Assembly (NCBI RefSeq): GCF_021869535.1 | Contig: NW_026262673.1 | Span: forward strand, 3,038,001-3,102,000 | Direction of reading: 5' to 3' | Source of the DNA: Mytilus californianus | Taxonomy: Eukaryota | DNA: 64,000 nt | Part shown: positions 50,757-63,691 of the stretch, piece by piece | Layout: each line of letters starts with the position of its first letter | Numbering within the stretch: position 1 is the stretch's first letter | Notes under the pieces: generated by a model | Database searches by the model: none | The model's input: the letters and a program-made list of their open reading frames with translations, nothing else | What the model was told of the DNA's origin: nothing | Position numbers and translations under genes: made by a program

Positions 50757-53700
50757 ACAAAAGTTTACAAGTTTCATTAACACATAATGTGCAAATAATA
50801 AAATATATATCTATGAATTACATAAAACTTCAGAGTTGTTGCAAAAATTAATATGGTCGTATCAACTCTCTTTCATCTTGCCAATCATACCCTTTCTGGA
50901 AAAAAAAGAAAAAAAACGGATTTTGATCATTATGCGTAGCATTCTGTATACCCGCAATTCCCTTGTATTTCGAGGGAACATTACAGAACTTCTTGGGAAT
51001 TGAACAAACTGTACATAAGTCTTTAGGCACCATTAGTTACATGAAATACATTATTTTCATCCCTTTTCACCGACAGTTTAATAAAGGTCCGTGTAAGAAC
51101 TGGTCTTTACATATTATAAATTTTCTTAAGTAATTGAAGGTAGGTTGACTTCAGGGGTTTAAAATGTTCTATTTGGCAATTCTGGATCTGATGGTTCCGG
51201 GTACTATATGTTTTTCGCGACCAAAAGTGTTTTGGTTGCGGCTAACTTTTGGTCGCGGCTCATGTCGTGAAGTTATGAATGAAAAGAGATATGGGTTTAT
51301 ATATTAATGAAATATTAATTCAACGACAAGAATAACAGGAAATCTCAAGAGACCATTCCAGGAAAATTGCATGCATATTTTCCAATGCAATGTAGCTACA
51401 ACTAGATTATCAACCGTCAGTTTCATTTTTACAGCACTTATATATTAGGTAATGCTCCAGTAAAGCAAATTTAAATTTCCGATTAATAATATGTTTATTA
51501 AACTTGATCTAAGGTTTAAACTTCTTGAGGTAAAACTGACCTCTATCTATTTTACTCTGTTTTTGTTTATTTCGATTTTAATTCTGTTAAAACTTTTATG
51601 TATTTATGTATTTCTTATCCTAAGCGGGATGTTATCCCTGGTTCATTTGCAGTGATTATGGATATTGGACTAGTAATATGAATAGGAGACAGCAAAGAAA
51701 GCAAACAACAAAACTAGAGACATGCACATTCCAACATACGGTCTTCAACAAAACAAATGTCTTTTCGACATGCTAAGCTCTTAATTATTACGATGTTAGA
51801 CAGTATAGTCTGAATACGTTTATCATAGAATATAAAAGATTTGCTTACAATACCAAGTTCTCCAAAATGACACAAAGAAACGATATTAAGACATGACAAG
51901 ACAAATACAAACTATAAATAAGAAGTGGTATCAATGCCAATGAGACAACTCTCCATCCAAGTCACAATGTATAAAAAGTTAAAAAAATTATAGGTCAAAG
52001 TACGGCCTTCAACACGGAGCATTGGCTCACACCGAACAGCAAGCTATAAAGGGCCCCACAAAGACTGGCGTAAAACAATTCAAAAAGGAAAATCACCGGT
52101 CTAATCTATACAAAAAACGAGAAACGAGAAACGAGAAACAACAGGCTCCTAACTTAAATGCAACGGGTCTAAACGTTTTAACAGGCGCCAACCTTCACCC
52201 TAACCCGAGACAGTAGTGTAACATTACAACATAAAAAGATGTACTATAAAATAATTTAAATTTGGATGTAACACGTCTTCTGATTGGCTGAAAGTTGTTT
52301 GTCTATCAGCTCATAGACAGAATTTTGGCATGTGACCGTGACGTCACCAACTTTTGTTTCAAAATTTACTCCTTAAAAATTGAATTTAGAATTAAATTAT
52401 AAGGAATGACTAATATTTTTTCTGTCTATTCGAAATAACCTCAAAAACGTGGTGCACACTTTTAAATAACCCGCTACGTAGGTTATTCAGTGTGCACCAC
52501 GTGCACATTTTTGAGGTTACTTCTTCATAGACAGAAAAACTATTACAGTCATTCCTTAAATATCAATTGAAATAGCTGAACTCGATCAAAAAGACATTTA
52601 AACAAAAAAAAAGTAAAAAACAGCATGGATGCATTTTATCGCCTACATTATTTTCTATTCTAATGTATGATGATCTTGTCTCAGTTATATAAGATTGATT
52701 GATTGATAGATTGATTGATTGGTGTTTATCACTTTTTTAAGCACTATTATGTTATTTTGTGGTGGACAGTTTTTATTGATGGAGTAAGCCGGAGTGCCCA
52801 GAATACAACCGGCCTTCGGTTGGTAAACTGACAATCTTAGGCAATTAAGATTGGTGTCGAGCGCACGTGCAGGACTGACAACCTCAGTGTTGACAGGCTA
52901 TTTATTCATGTACAGTTTTTTAACTACTTAAACCACTCGGCCAAACTCATGCAACGAAATGCTCGAAAGCTGGCAGTACAAAGTCACTAAAGTTATGATG
53001 AACTATTATTTAAAATAAACTTACAAAAATGCTCCGTTTTATCGGAGTTAGGGAGGGAATCTTAAACAAATTACATGGACCGTCAAATGTTTTTTGCAAT
53101 GTTCGATTCTTTACCGGATACAAGATTTTGCAGATGGATATTTAAAGAACTTAAACTATCAATAGTAAAATTGAGAATGGAAATGAGGAATGTGTCAAAG
53201 AGACAACAACCCGACCAAAGAGCAGAAAACAGCCCAAGGCCACCAATGGGTCTTCAACACAGCGAGAAAATCCCGCACCCGTAGGCGGGCTTCCGCTGGC
53301 CCCTAAACAAAAATGAACTAGTTCAGTAAAAATGGACGTCATACTAAACTCAAAAACATATAAATGAACTAAAATAAAAAAACAAACAAGACTAACAAAG
53401 GCCAGAGGCTCCTGAATTGGGACAGGCGCAAAAATGCGGCGGGGTTAAACATGTTTTGTGATATCTCAACCCTCCCCTATACCTCTAGCCAATGTAGAAT
53501 AAACAAACACACAGCAATACGCACAGTAAAACTCAGTTTAAAAGAAGTTCGAGTCCGATATAGTGAATATTTTAATCATATTTACGGTATATTCTGTCTT
53601 ATGGACTACACCATTATATAAATGAAATTATTACTATTGAAATGGTTATAAGTCAGTGCAGGAACAGGCGTATTGCATTGTTTTAATAACCAACAACTCA

Positions 53701-54513
53701 TCATTGGCGATATAGCATTTTGTTCAAAAAGGGGTGGGGGTAAAATGAGCAAAAGTATCCGACCTCAATCATTTTCATGTATTGTGTTTTGAAAGCCAAA
53801 ATAAAAATGGTTGGAAATCGAAAATATTAGATTCTGACTCATGATATAGTTTGTATAGATCGAAATAGTTTATGCCATTTAAATCCTCAATTTTGTAAAT
53901 GTGAATAAAAAAGAAATCATTCCCTACCCTCTAGACTCAGTCTAAATAAATTGTAGAATGATGTAACAGCTACTCAAGTTAGGGAACGAAGATTCAGCTC
54001 GGGGGTATTCTTATCCCCAACTTTGAAAAAAAAATATTTTGATTGAGAGTTTTGTCATCAAGCTTAATGTTACGTTCTTCAAAAGATGTTTGCCATGCAT
54101 TAACAAAAAAGAAGATAATTTGATGCTTGCGTAGTACGAAAAAAAAAATTCAACCACCTCTCCTCCCTCTTTTTATAGTAAAATGGTCGTTCCCTTACCA
54201 AAATATCACTAAGACATCAAGGTAGAAATCAGATGTTTGTCCCTATAATGTAACGACATACATGTATAACATTTAACTTTAAAATAAAGCACACCTAAAA
54301 TTGACCCTTATAAGAGGTTTGCCTTACATTTGAAATATCATAATCCTTTTTTAAGATTACAATATATGATTTATTTCGATTACAAGATTAAATATTAATC
54401 GATTATATTTTGGTTACATTACATTAAGAACAAATTAAAATGGCGTCATCATAATAATATCAAGAAGACACATCCAGCCTTTTGTTGATATTTTTTGGGA
54501 TGATTTAAGAGAT

Positions 54514-55381
54514 ATGGTTCTCCGATGCATTTTGATTTTGATATTTGTACCTTTCACACTGTCTAATCCGACCGGATGTACGTACAGTACAGACAACCTG
54601 TTATATTCCTGCGACAGCCGATTATGGGTGTTACCTTTAGATTATTCACAGTTTACGGTGCAGCCACAGAGACTTCTGATCAAAGACATGTCCGGAGAGC
54701 TTGCAGCGTCGGCTCCAAATGGACCCGTGTTTAGTGGCTTTAGTGCGATCAATACTGCATTATTTGATGTTAGATTCCCGCCATCTTTACATATTATGTG
54801 TGTCGCTAATGGCTTTCTCATGATGGTAAAAGATGCATTTCAAGATTTTGGATGGGTTGAAGAACTGATTATACAGGATTGTGACATTATTTCGCTTCCC
54901 GCGCAAGTATTCGCACATTTTGGTGAGCTTAATTCGTTAATCATTGAGGGTGGATCAATGGACGCTATGGTCGCAGACACTTTCTATGGATTAAATGTTA
55001 ACAAAATGGCGTCTGCTGTCACACCCAAAGGGGAATTTATACTTCGGAACACTGAAATTATTGGCGGTTCTTTGCCATACGGTGGTCTCTTCACTCAGAG
55101 CAATGCATCAACAATTATACTGGATAATATTCACCTGAGCTCCCTTCGCACTGATACATTTTATAACAACCTGAAACTTACTAATTTATCTATAAGTTAC
55201 AATGACTTAACTAGTATCCCAGACAATTTGTTTCTCCAGTCAAGTTCTTTACAATACGTTCGGATATACGGAATCCCTTGGGCATGTGCATGCAGCTCTC
55301 TCGGGTTTATCCCTTATGTCATCAACAATAACATCACTTTGGAAGGAGATATAGTTTGTACTTCGCCTGCGAATTATGCAA
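54514..55381 (+). CDS. LRR-TM paralog 7, exon 1 of 3
   Basis: MVLRCILILIFVPFTLS-NPTGCTYS...YSCDSRLWVLPL...APNGPVFSGF...LTNLSISYNDLTSIP...WACAC...DIVCTSP; donor A/GTAAGT at 55382. join(54514-55381,55873-55938,56922-57157) = 389 aa. Confidence 0.93.
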
Positions 55382-55872
55382 GTAAGTTATAATTAACATT
55401 TTCTTATCTTTATACACTGCTTTATCAACATAGCTTTAAATTTGTATTCCAAAAAGGCTATGTACAGTTTGTCTTTTTTTAAAAGAACTTGATTTGTTCT
55501 TGAAGTTTCACTGTAATTTTAAGACCTGTTTAATAGAATCAAAATATGATATTAGTACATAAAGTGACTAGACATGGCATTGTTACCCAAGTAGGTTTCT
55601 GTCACAATATAATGCCCGGATTTTGTGGAACATGTATATCACGGAAATATGCACTGTATCTCTCTAAAAGTACACGTTTAAAAACACTGACTTTAGGTAG
55701 GACTTCAAGAAAGAGAAGGACCATTGTACGTTTAAAAGTAAATAATGATAAGGAATGTTCATACGTGCAGTGGTTTAATAAAAGAGTAGATCTTGTCAGT
55801 TTAAAATATTACATGTATACTTTTATCTCTTGAGGATGTTTACATTAACGGCCATTTGATTTCGTTTTACAG

Positions 55873-55938
55873 ATCAGAGAGGAGCTGTTTATTATGCCAC
55901 GAACTGTATAAGTTATGATGTTTGTGCAGGTCAAACAG
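55873..55938 (+). CDS. LRR-TM paralog 7, exon 2 (66 nt)
   Basis: CGTTTTACAG/ ... /GTCAGT; (N)QRGAVYYATNCISYDVCAGQT(G). Confidence 0.9.
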
Positions 55939-56599
55939 GTCAGTATTCCAGAATTTTCTTTTATAAATAAATCAGCGTTAATCCCATAGTGATAGTAATG
56001 GGGTATAAACAAAAAATGAAATATTTTGTTCATACTAAGAAAAGTGGTATTGTTTCGTTCGTTCCTTCTTTTATTGTTTATATTTCAAACAGAACGACTT
56101 TTCTGTCCTTGTTTATATTTCCTTCCTGTCCTTTATATAGTGTGTCCATTTCACAATTGTGTTAAACGTGTCAGATGTCAGTTATTATGATATTTTTCGT
56201 ATAGACATTTGTGTTTGTGCTCGACATATCGTACATGCATCTTTGTGTTCATGTTTCGTGCTGTGCTATTATGTAATATGTAATTTAATATTCAGGATGA
56301 GAACAAAGTGAAATTAAAATGAATTTGTAGATCGTTGGCCTATGTATAGGACGTGAGGCTTGGAATGCCTTTTTAAAACAATGGTATATTGGATTAAATC
56401 AGATTGTTTTTCATTCTAACCGACCACTACGAAGACTATTGAAAAAGTCCTTTAGCGTGCAGAGATTTATAGTTGACATTCAATTGAAAGTTTAAACCAT
56501 CATGACCATTCGGAAAATGCTTTCACTTTTTCTATTTACATGTGTATTGTTCGATATAAATTTGCCACATAGCTACACGACAAAAGAGACCACACATCG

Positions 56600-56735
56600 A
56601 TTCTCCGCTAGACCTTAAACAACCACCCATCAATTTTTCGCTAGACCTTAAACAACCACCAATCAATTTTCCGCTAGACCTTAAATAACCACCAATCAAT
56701 TTTCCGCTAGACCTTAAACATGTTAAACAACCTCC
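56600..56735. repeat. Short ~33-bp minisatellite (3-4 copies) in intron 2 of paralog 7
   Basis: TTTTCCGCTAGACCTTAAACAACCACCAATCAA repeated. Confidence 0.8.
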
Positions 56736-56921
56736 AATCAATATCAATCAAACAATAAATCACGTGATAAAGTCTCTGTAATGCAAAGGTCGTGATTTAA
56801 ACACATTTTTAATCTGGAGTGACATTTAAATAAGAACTATTTGTACTAACTTGTATGTATACTTGTTGATTATGGAAGATTTATGTTAACTTGTATTTAA
56901 CATATGTTTTTTGTTTTCCAG

Positions 56922-57157
56922 GTTTTGCGAGTGGTGGAAAGTGTATAACTGTTTTAGATATCATAAGCTATGTATTCTTCGTTCTCAATACTATCATTGC
57001 TTGTATAGCCTTTGGTCTCGTGTTGCATCTTTTCCTCCGCCTTAAAGAAATTAAAGACAAAAGAAGAGGTTTTATGTTACGAAGAATGTTTGGTGTTGAG
57101 CAGGCCAAAACTAAAACGTTCAATGTAGTCAAACCACGGGACCCTTCATTTGACTAA
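56922..57157 (+). CDS. LRR-TM paralog 7, exon 3 (TM and tail, apparently truncated by a premature TAA)
   Basis: TTGTTTTCCAG/ acceptor; GFASGGKCITVLDIISYVFFVLNTIIACIAFGLVLH-LFLRLKE...KPRDPSFD*. The frame stays open from 57158 to a second TAA at 57371-57373. Confidence 0.85.
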
Positions 57158-60100
57158 TACCAGCAGGCAAAGACTAAAACGTTCAATGTAGTCAAACCAC
57201 GGGACCCTTCTTTTGACGAATACCAGGCGACCAAGACCTTGCCATTTAATAATGTCAATCCGAACACAGAAAGTGATCATAGTAGCTCCGCAAATTTAAT
57301 GGATTTCAATACAGAGTATATTCATTTGTATTCTGTTTTATACTATATTAATTTACCTAATGATGATAAATAAATAATGGACTTAACCGGAGTTATGTTT
57401 GACCTTTTTAGACTAAACGATTGAGTAAAGCAGGTAATGAACAAGTTTTCCTGTTTTTTGTTTTGTTCTTTTGCTCTTGTAAAAGCTGTCGTGATCTTTT
57501 GTAAAATGATATTTTATAATTTGATGCGACTGTCATACAAGTGAGAGGTTTAGCTAGCTATAAAACCAGGTTTAATCCACCATTTTCTATATAAGAAAAT
57601 GCCTGTACCAAGTCAGGAATATGACAGTTGTTATCCATTCGTTTGATGCGTTTCGTTTTTTTTTTATTTTGCCATTTGATATGGGACTTTCCTTTTTGAA
57701 TTTTCCTCGTAGTTCAGTATTTTTGTGATTTTACTTTTTATGATGTTTGTTTTACTTAATATAAACATAGATCATTCTTTTAGCAAAATATCTAACAAAT
57801 ATTCGGTTAATGTGATTTTTTATTTTCAAGAACAAAATTATTTCAATTTCCTGTTTGTTTTATTGAAAATGCATAAGGAGAATTAGGAGACATCATGTAA
57901 AGTTGCATTCGTGGACGGTGCATGTTGTATCATTGTCGTTAATGGTTACATATATCTCATAAAATCTTATTTCTCTAACATGACTGCTTCAATTTCAGTT
58001 TTTGAAAATAACATATTCTATCTATGGATCATTTGTCTTCAGTAGAAGTATTGTAATATTTAATCGCCATCGGTGATTAAAAAAGGAAATAAATAGACGT
58101 TCTGTTCAAATCTAAAATAAATAATACAAATATGGGACTCAGTTCTATCATTGATCATTTTATTTTAGACATAATTTGGTAAACCGAGACAGTTAACGAC
58201 CTGTTGCATTTCAGTAATGAAGAATACAAAGAAAAACACAAAAGAAAATTCGTGCCATATGACAACAACTCTGCATGATCGTATCCACCGTGTTTCAACA
58301 CAATAATAAGTGGGTAGGAACAGTATGGGATGAATTGGAGCTTTAACAATAAGAGTATAGACACTATTGTTGAGACTGTGTGTTGCTCTATTACTTCAGA
58401 GCTCGTATTCCCCGTCGTGGCTACACATTTTGGTCCTTTTCGTTTCTATCAGCTATCCAATGTTTGTAATAGATTTGGCCTCGGGCATGATTTCTGGCCA
58501 CCGTTAAACAGGCATGATTACTTATCGAAATGCGCATCTGTGGCAGTAGAATTGGAACCGTTACCGTTACTAGTTAATTTTGTTGTTGGGTTGCTGTCTC
58601 ATTGACGTACACCTACATCCCCTTTTGCTTGTGTCAAGAACAGTGAAGTTAAAGTGTAAGGGTTTGACAAGATTAAAGAATGAGACCATGTCACCAATTA
58701 TGACAAATCAAATGATTCAACAAATTATTTTTCAGGAAATAATTTGTGACCTATCCGGAGATTCTGAGTTCAATCCGTGTGTTGATGGTATTACTTTAGT
58801 GTTAAGTGTAGCGTTTTATACTGTTGTTTGTCTATTCATATAAAAATAAGATGTAGTATGATTACTTGGGACAGTTGGGTTATACTAGTTTGCTGGCGAC
58901 AAACCCTGCCCTAACCTAGGACAGTGGTGTAACAGTACAGCATATAAACAAACTATAAAAATCAGTTGAAAAGAGCCAAACTCATTAGATCGATAAAAAG
59001 CAGAAAAAAACAGCTTACAAAAAAAAAAAAACGGACCGGACGTGACAGGGTATTTATACATCCACACAACAAAATTGATTAATTGATTGATTGTTGGAGT
59101 TTAAACGCCACTTTTAAGCGCCACATTTGGGCTATTTCGTGGCGGCCAGTTTTTATTGGTGGAGGAAGCCGGAGTGCCAGGAGAAAACCACCGACCTTCG
59201 ATAGGAAAACTGAAAATCCTAGTCAATTAAGATTGGAGTCGAGTGCACCAGCACGAGCAGTGTTGACTGGCTAGTGATTACAGTAGTAGAACTACTTAGA
59301 CCACTTGGCCACCGAGGCCCCCTCCACACAACAAAAAAGACACTAAATATAAAAATAAGAAGATGTGGTATGATTGCCAATGAGATAACTCTCCACAAGA
59401 GACTATATACGACACAGAAATTAACAACTATCGGTCACAGTACGGCCTTCAACAATGAGCAAAGCCCATACCGCATAGTCAGCTATAAAGTCTGTACTAA
59501 GTACAGATCTGAGAGTACTCGTAGTTACTGACAGCTAGTTCAAAGCCAATAACAACTAATACAACAAAAGTGCACGTGCTGAAATGGCATAGATTGCGTT
59601 CATTGAAATCCAAAACGTCACTTCAAACACGGTCATAGCGAACGACTTGGGATATATAAACACGGTCATAGCGAATGACTTGGGATATATAAACACCGTA
59701 AGGTGGTACCAAAGGCACATCACCATCCAAAAAAGGAAAATAACAATAGGGAACGAAAAGTCGTCCCCTTTATCGTACATTTTGGTGTAAAACTGAAATA
59801 TGTAAATCTAGGAAAGGACAGCTATTACCGTTTATATTTGATTTGTTTAAAATAAGTTCCTTTGGGTAAATTTCCTTCTGGGTGAAACAAAACAAAAAAG
59901 AAACATTTCTTTGATTCAGACATCTGTTGATTAATAACACAAAACAGCAAAAAAAATCTAATTAATTTGAAAACATAATTATATAGTCTACAAGTCAAAA
60001 CAATGATAAAATAAATATACATTTCACAATTGTTCAGCTTATCTACTAAAATATACATAGAAAATGACAACATTCATTCCATTTGACAAATTCTCCATAG

Positions 60101-61538
60101 TCAATATACATTAGTCTGGGAAGAAGTATAAGGATCTAGTCTGGGAAGAAGTATAAGGGTCTAGTCAATGTATTCATACTGTCAACAAGTTGATCATCTT
60201 CTTGTGCTAATCCATTCACCTAATAAAATAAAACATTGTTTAAGAAAAGGTTTGTGAAAATTCATGGGCTATTGTAAAACAATGAGTTAGTTTAAGAAAT
60301 ACACAATATAGGTTCGTTTGTTTGTTTACAAGTATGATCAAATATATAAAATGTTCTCGTTATCATTTGGTCTCTGGTGGATAGTTGTCTCATAGGCAAT
60401 TATGCCAGATCTTCTGTTCTTCTATTAAACCCTAAAGTTTATAACGTACACATACGTGGTAAAAAGAAGGGGAGAATTATCATCCCTTCCATTCTCAAAA
60501 GTTGGGATACAAAACTATATCTTAGCACTTCCACCATTTTCAGAAAAAAAGTATTTGAAAGAAAGTAAATGAATAAAACGTTAAGTTGCATTGCCCTTTA
60601 AAACAAATCAATAGGACATCCAAACTATCACACTCTTTTGCTTGATCCATAGAAACTAATATTGTGCCCTTTGGGGGAAATAACTATCAAGTTCATCATT
60701 CATTCCCAGCATTGTTTGTATTTTTTATTTAAAAGTGAAATTTATAATGCTCAATGATGTAAATTTTTTGTATCACAAGTAATTCCACAGCGTAATTTTA
60801 AAATTATTCAGCGAGTCCACTTTGTTTTGTCTTTTCTCATGGAGAATACTCTCGTTACGGTTTTCAGTTTACTCGGGTTTGCTTTTGATATGTTTTCCGT
60901 GTATGTGAAGTGATACATGTATTACATTTTAAATGTCCGTGTTGTTTCAAACTAAATGTTCTCTCTTTTATGTCACATTTATGTATACATTCAAATATTT
61001 CGTTTCGGATAAAATTATGAAAATTTTGTAAAATACTTGACAATGTTTACCTTTGTCATTATATCTAACAGATGATTGTGATGTGCATGGTACTTCATTA
61101 TGTGTACAAACGCTTGGATGAACCAGAAACCCTTGGATTCCGTATTAGAAACGATGGGGTCTGAAATCAAACAATTCATCTATATATATCATGGATATTT
61201 TCGCATCAATCAAACACATATAGTAATTATTAATGATCATATTTATCAATTTGAATGGAATCAAACAAATAACTCATCGAAGATAAGAATATTTCCTACA
61301 ATTACTAAACAAGTGATCTAGATAGTGATCACAAATACCCTATCGCAGAAACTGAGAGATCATAAATTTGTTCAAAAACATTCAATTTAAAATTTCAATC
61401 AATTTAAAAGAGGGGTTCTTCGTTTATTATCCTGAAAACAAAATTTTGAACAATCAACTAAAAGTGAAAACGACGAAAGTAAAATTAAATCTGTCTTTCG
61501 AAGTGTGGTAAATGAGAATAAAACATATATTTTTTACA

Positions 61539-63691
61539 GATAATATATAAAATTGCCGTATTTAGTAGCTCTCGCTAAGATAATATATGAAATTACCGTA
61601 TTTAGTAGCTCTCGCTAAGATAATATATGAAATTACCGTATTTAGTAACCCTCGCTAAGATAACATATGAAATTACCGTATTTAGTAGCCTCGCTAAGAT
61701 AATATATGAAATGACCATATTTAGTACCTCTCGCTAAGATAATATATGAAATTACCATATTTAGCACCTCTCGCTAAGATAATATGTGGAATTACCGTAT
61801 TTAGTACCTCTCGCTAAGATAATATATGAAGTTACCGTATTTAGTAGCCCTCGCTAAGATAATATATGGAATTACCGTATTAAGTACCTCTCGCTAAGAT
61901 AATATATGGAATTACCGTATTTAGTAGCCCTCGCTAAGATAATATATGGAATTACCGTATTAAGTACCTCTCGCTAAGATAATATATGGAATTACCGTAT
62001 TTAGTAGCCCTCGCTAAGATAATATATGGAATTACCGTATTTAGTAGCCGTCGCTAAGATAATATTGGGAATTACCGTATTTAATTGTCTCGCTAAGATG
62101 AAATATAGAATTACCGTATTTAGAAGCCTCCCTAAGATAATATGTGGAATTACCGTAATAAGTAGCCCTCGCTAAGATAATATGTGGAATTACCGTATTA
62201 AATAGCCCTCGCTAAGATTATATATGGAATTACCGTATTTAGTAGCCCTCGCTAAGATAATATGTGGAATTGCCGTATTTAGTAGCTCTCGCTCCTCGCT
62301 AAGACAATATGTGGAATTACCGTATTTAGTAGCCCTCGCTAAGATAACATGTGGAATTGCCGTATTAAATAGCTCTCGCTCCTCGCTAAGATAATATATG
62401 GAATTACCGTATTTATTAGCCCTCGCTAAGATAATATATGGAATTACCGTATTTATTAGCCCTCGCTAAGATAATATAAGGAATTACCGTATTTAGTAAC
62501 CCTCGCTAAGATAATATAAGGAATTACCGTATTTAGTAGCCCTCGCTAAGATAAGATAAGGAATTACCGTATTTAGTAGCTAGCTAAGATAATATGTAGA
62601 ATTGCCGAATTTAGTAGCCCTCGCTAAGATGATATATGGTATTACCGTATTTAGTAGCCCTCGCTAAGATAATATATTGAATTACCGTATTTAGTAGCCC
62701 TTGCTAAAATAATATTGGGAATTACCGTATTTAGTTGCTCTCGCTAAGATAATATATGTGGAATTGCCGTATTTGGTAGCTCTCGCTCCTCGCTAAGACA
62801 ATATGTGAAATAACCGTATTTAGTAGCCCTCGCTAAGATAATATAAGGAATTACCGTATTTAGTAACACTCGCTAAGATAATATAAGGAATTACCGTATT
62901 TAGTAGCCCTCGCTAAGATAATATATGGAATTACCGTATTTAGTACCTCTCGCTAAGATAATATAAGGAACTACCGTATTTAGTAGCCCTCGCTAAGATG
63001 ATATAAGGAACTACCGTATTTAGTAGCCCTCGCTAAGATAATATGTGGAATTGCCGTATTTAGTAGGTCTCGCTCCTCGCTAAGATGATATATGGAATTA
63101 CCGTATTTATTAGCCCTCGCTAAAATGATATATGGAATTACCGTATTTATTAGCCCTCGCTAAGATAATATATGGAATTACCGTATTTAGTACCTCTCGC
63201 TAAGATAATATATGGAATTACCGTATTTAGTAGCCCTCGCTAAGATAATATATGGAATTACCGTATTAAGTACCTCTCGCTAAGATAATATATGGAATTA
63301 CCGTATTTAGTACCTCTCGCTAAGATAATATATGGAATTACCGTATTTAGTAGGCCTCGCTAAGATAATATAAGGAACTACCGTATTTAGTAGCCCTCGC
63401 TAAGATTATATGTGTAATTGCCGTATTTAGTAGCTCTCGCTCCTCGCTAAGATGATATATGGAATTACCGTTTTTAGTAGCCCTCGCTAAGATGATATAT
63501 GAAATTACCGTATTCAGTAGCCCTCGCTAAGATAATATGTGGAATTACCGTATTTAGTAGCCCTCGCTAAGATAATATATGAAATTACCGTATTTAGTAG
63601 CTCTCGCTAAGATAATATATGGAATTACCGTATTTAGTAGCCCTCGCTAAGATAACATATGGAATTACCGTATTTAGTAGCCCTCGCTAAG
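61539..63691. repeat. 40-bp minisatellite (~54 copies)
   Basis: GGAATTACCGTATTTAGTAGCCCTCGCTAAGATAATATAT; occasional units carry a CCTCGCT insertion. On the minus strand each unit contains TACG/GTAATT. Confidence 0.95.

Larger units (their letters stand above)
6446..57373 (+). other. Tandem cluster of seven paralogous LRR single-pass transmembrane receptor-like genes
   Basis: Seven ~290-aa homologous ORFs at 6446, 9978, 18693, 26885, 40239, 47454 and 54514. Each is followed by a homologous micro-exon and a TM exon, with the same intron positions and phase (1,1). Confidence 0.93.

Noticed and set aside
61072-61164. Possible orphan exon or eighth paralog remnant (CTAACAG/ MIVMCMVLHYVYKRLDEPETLGFRIRNDGV*), faintly like the paralog 7 post-TM segment
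   Set aside because: No exon 1 or micro-exon homolog between 57.4 and 61 kb, wrong phase relative to the family, and the similarity is too short to support.
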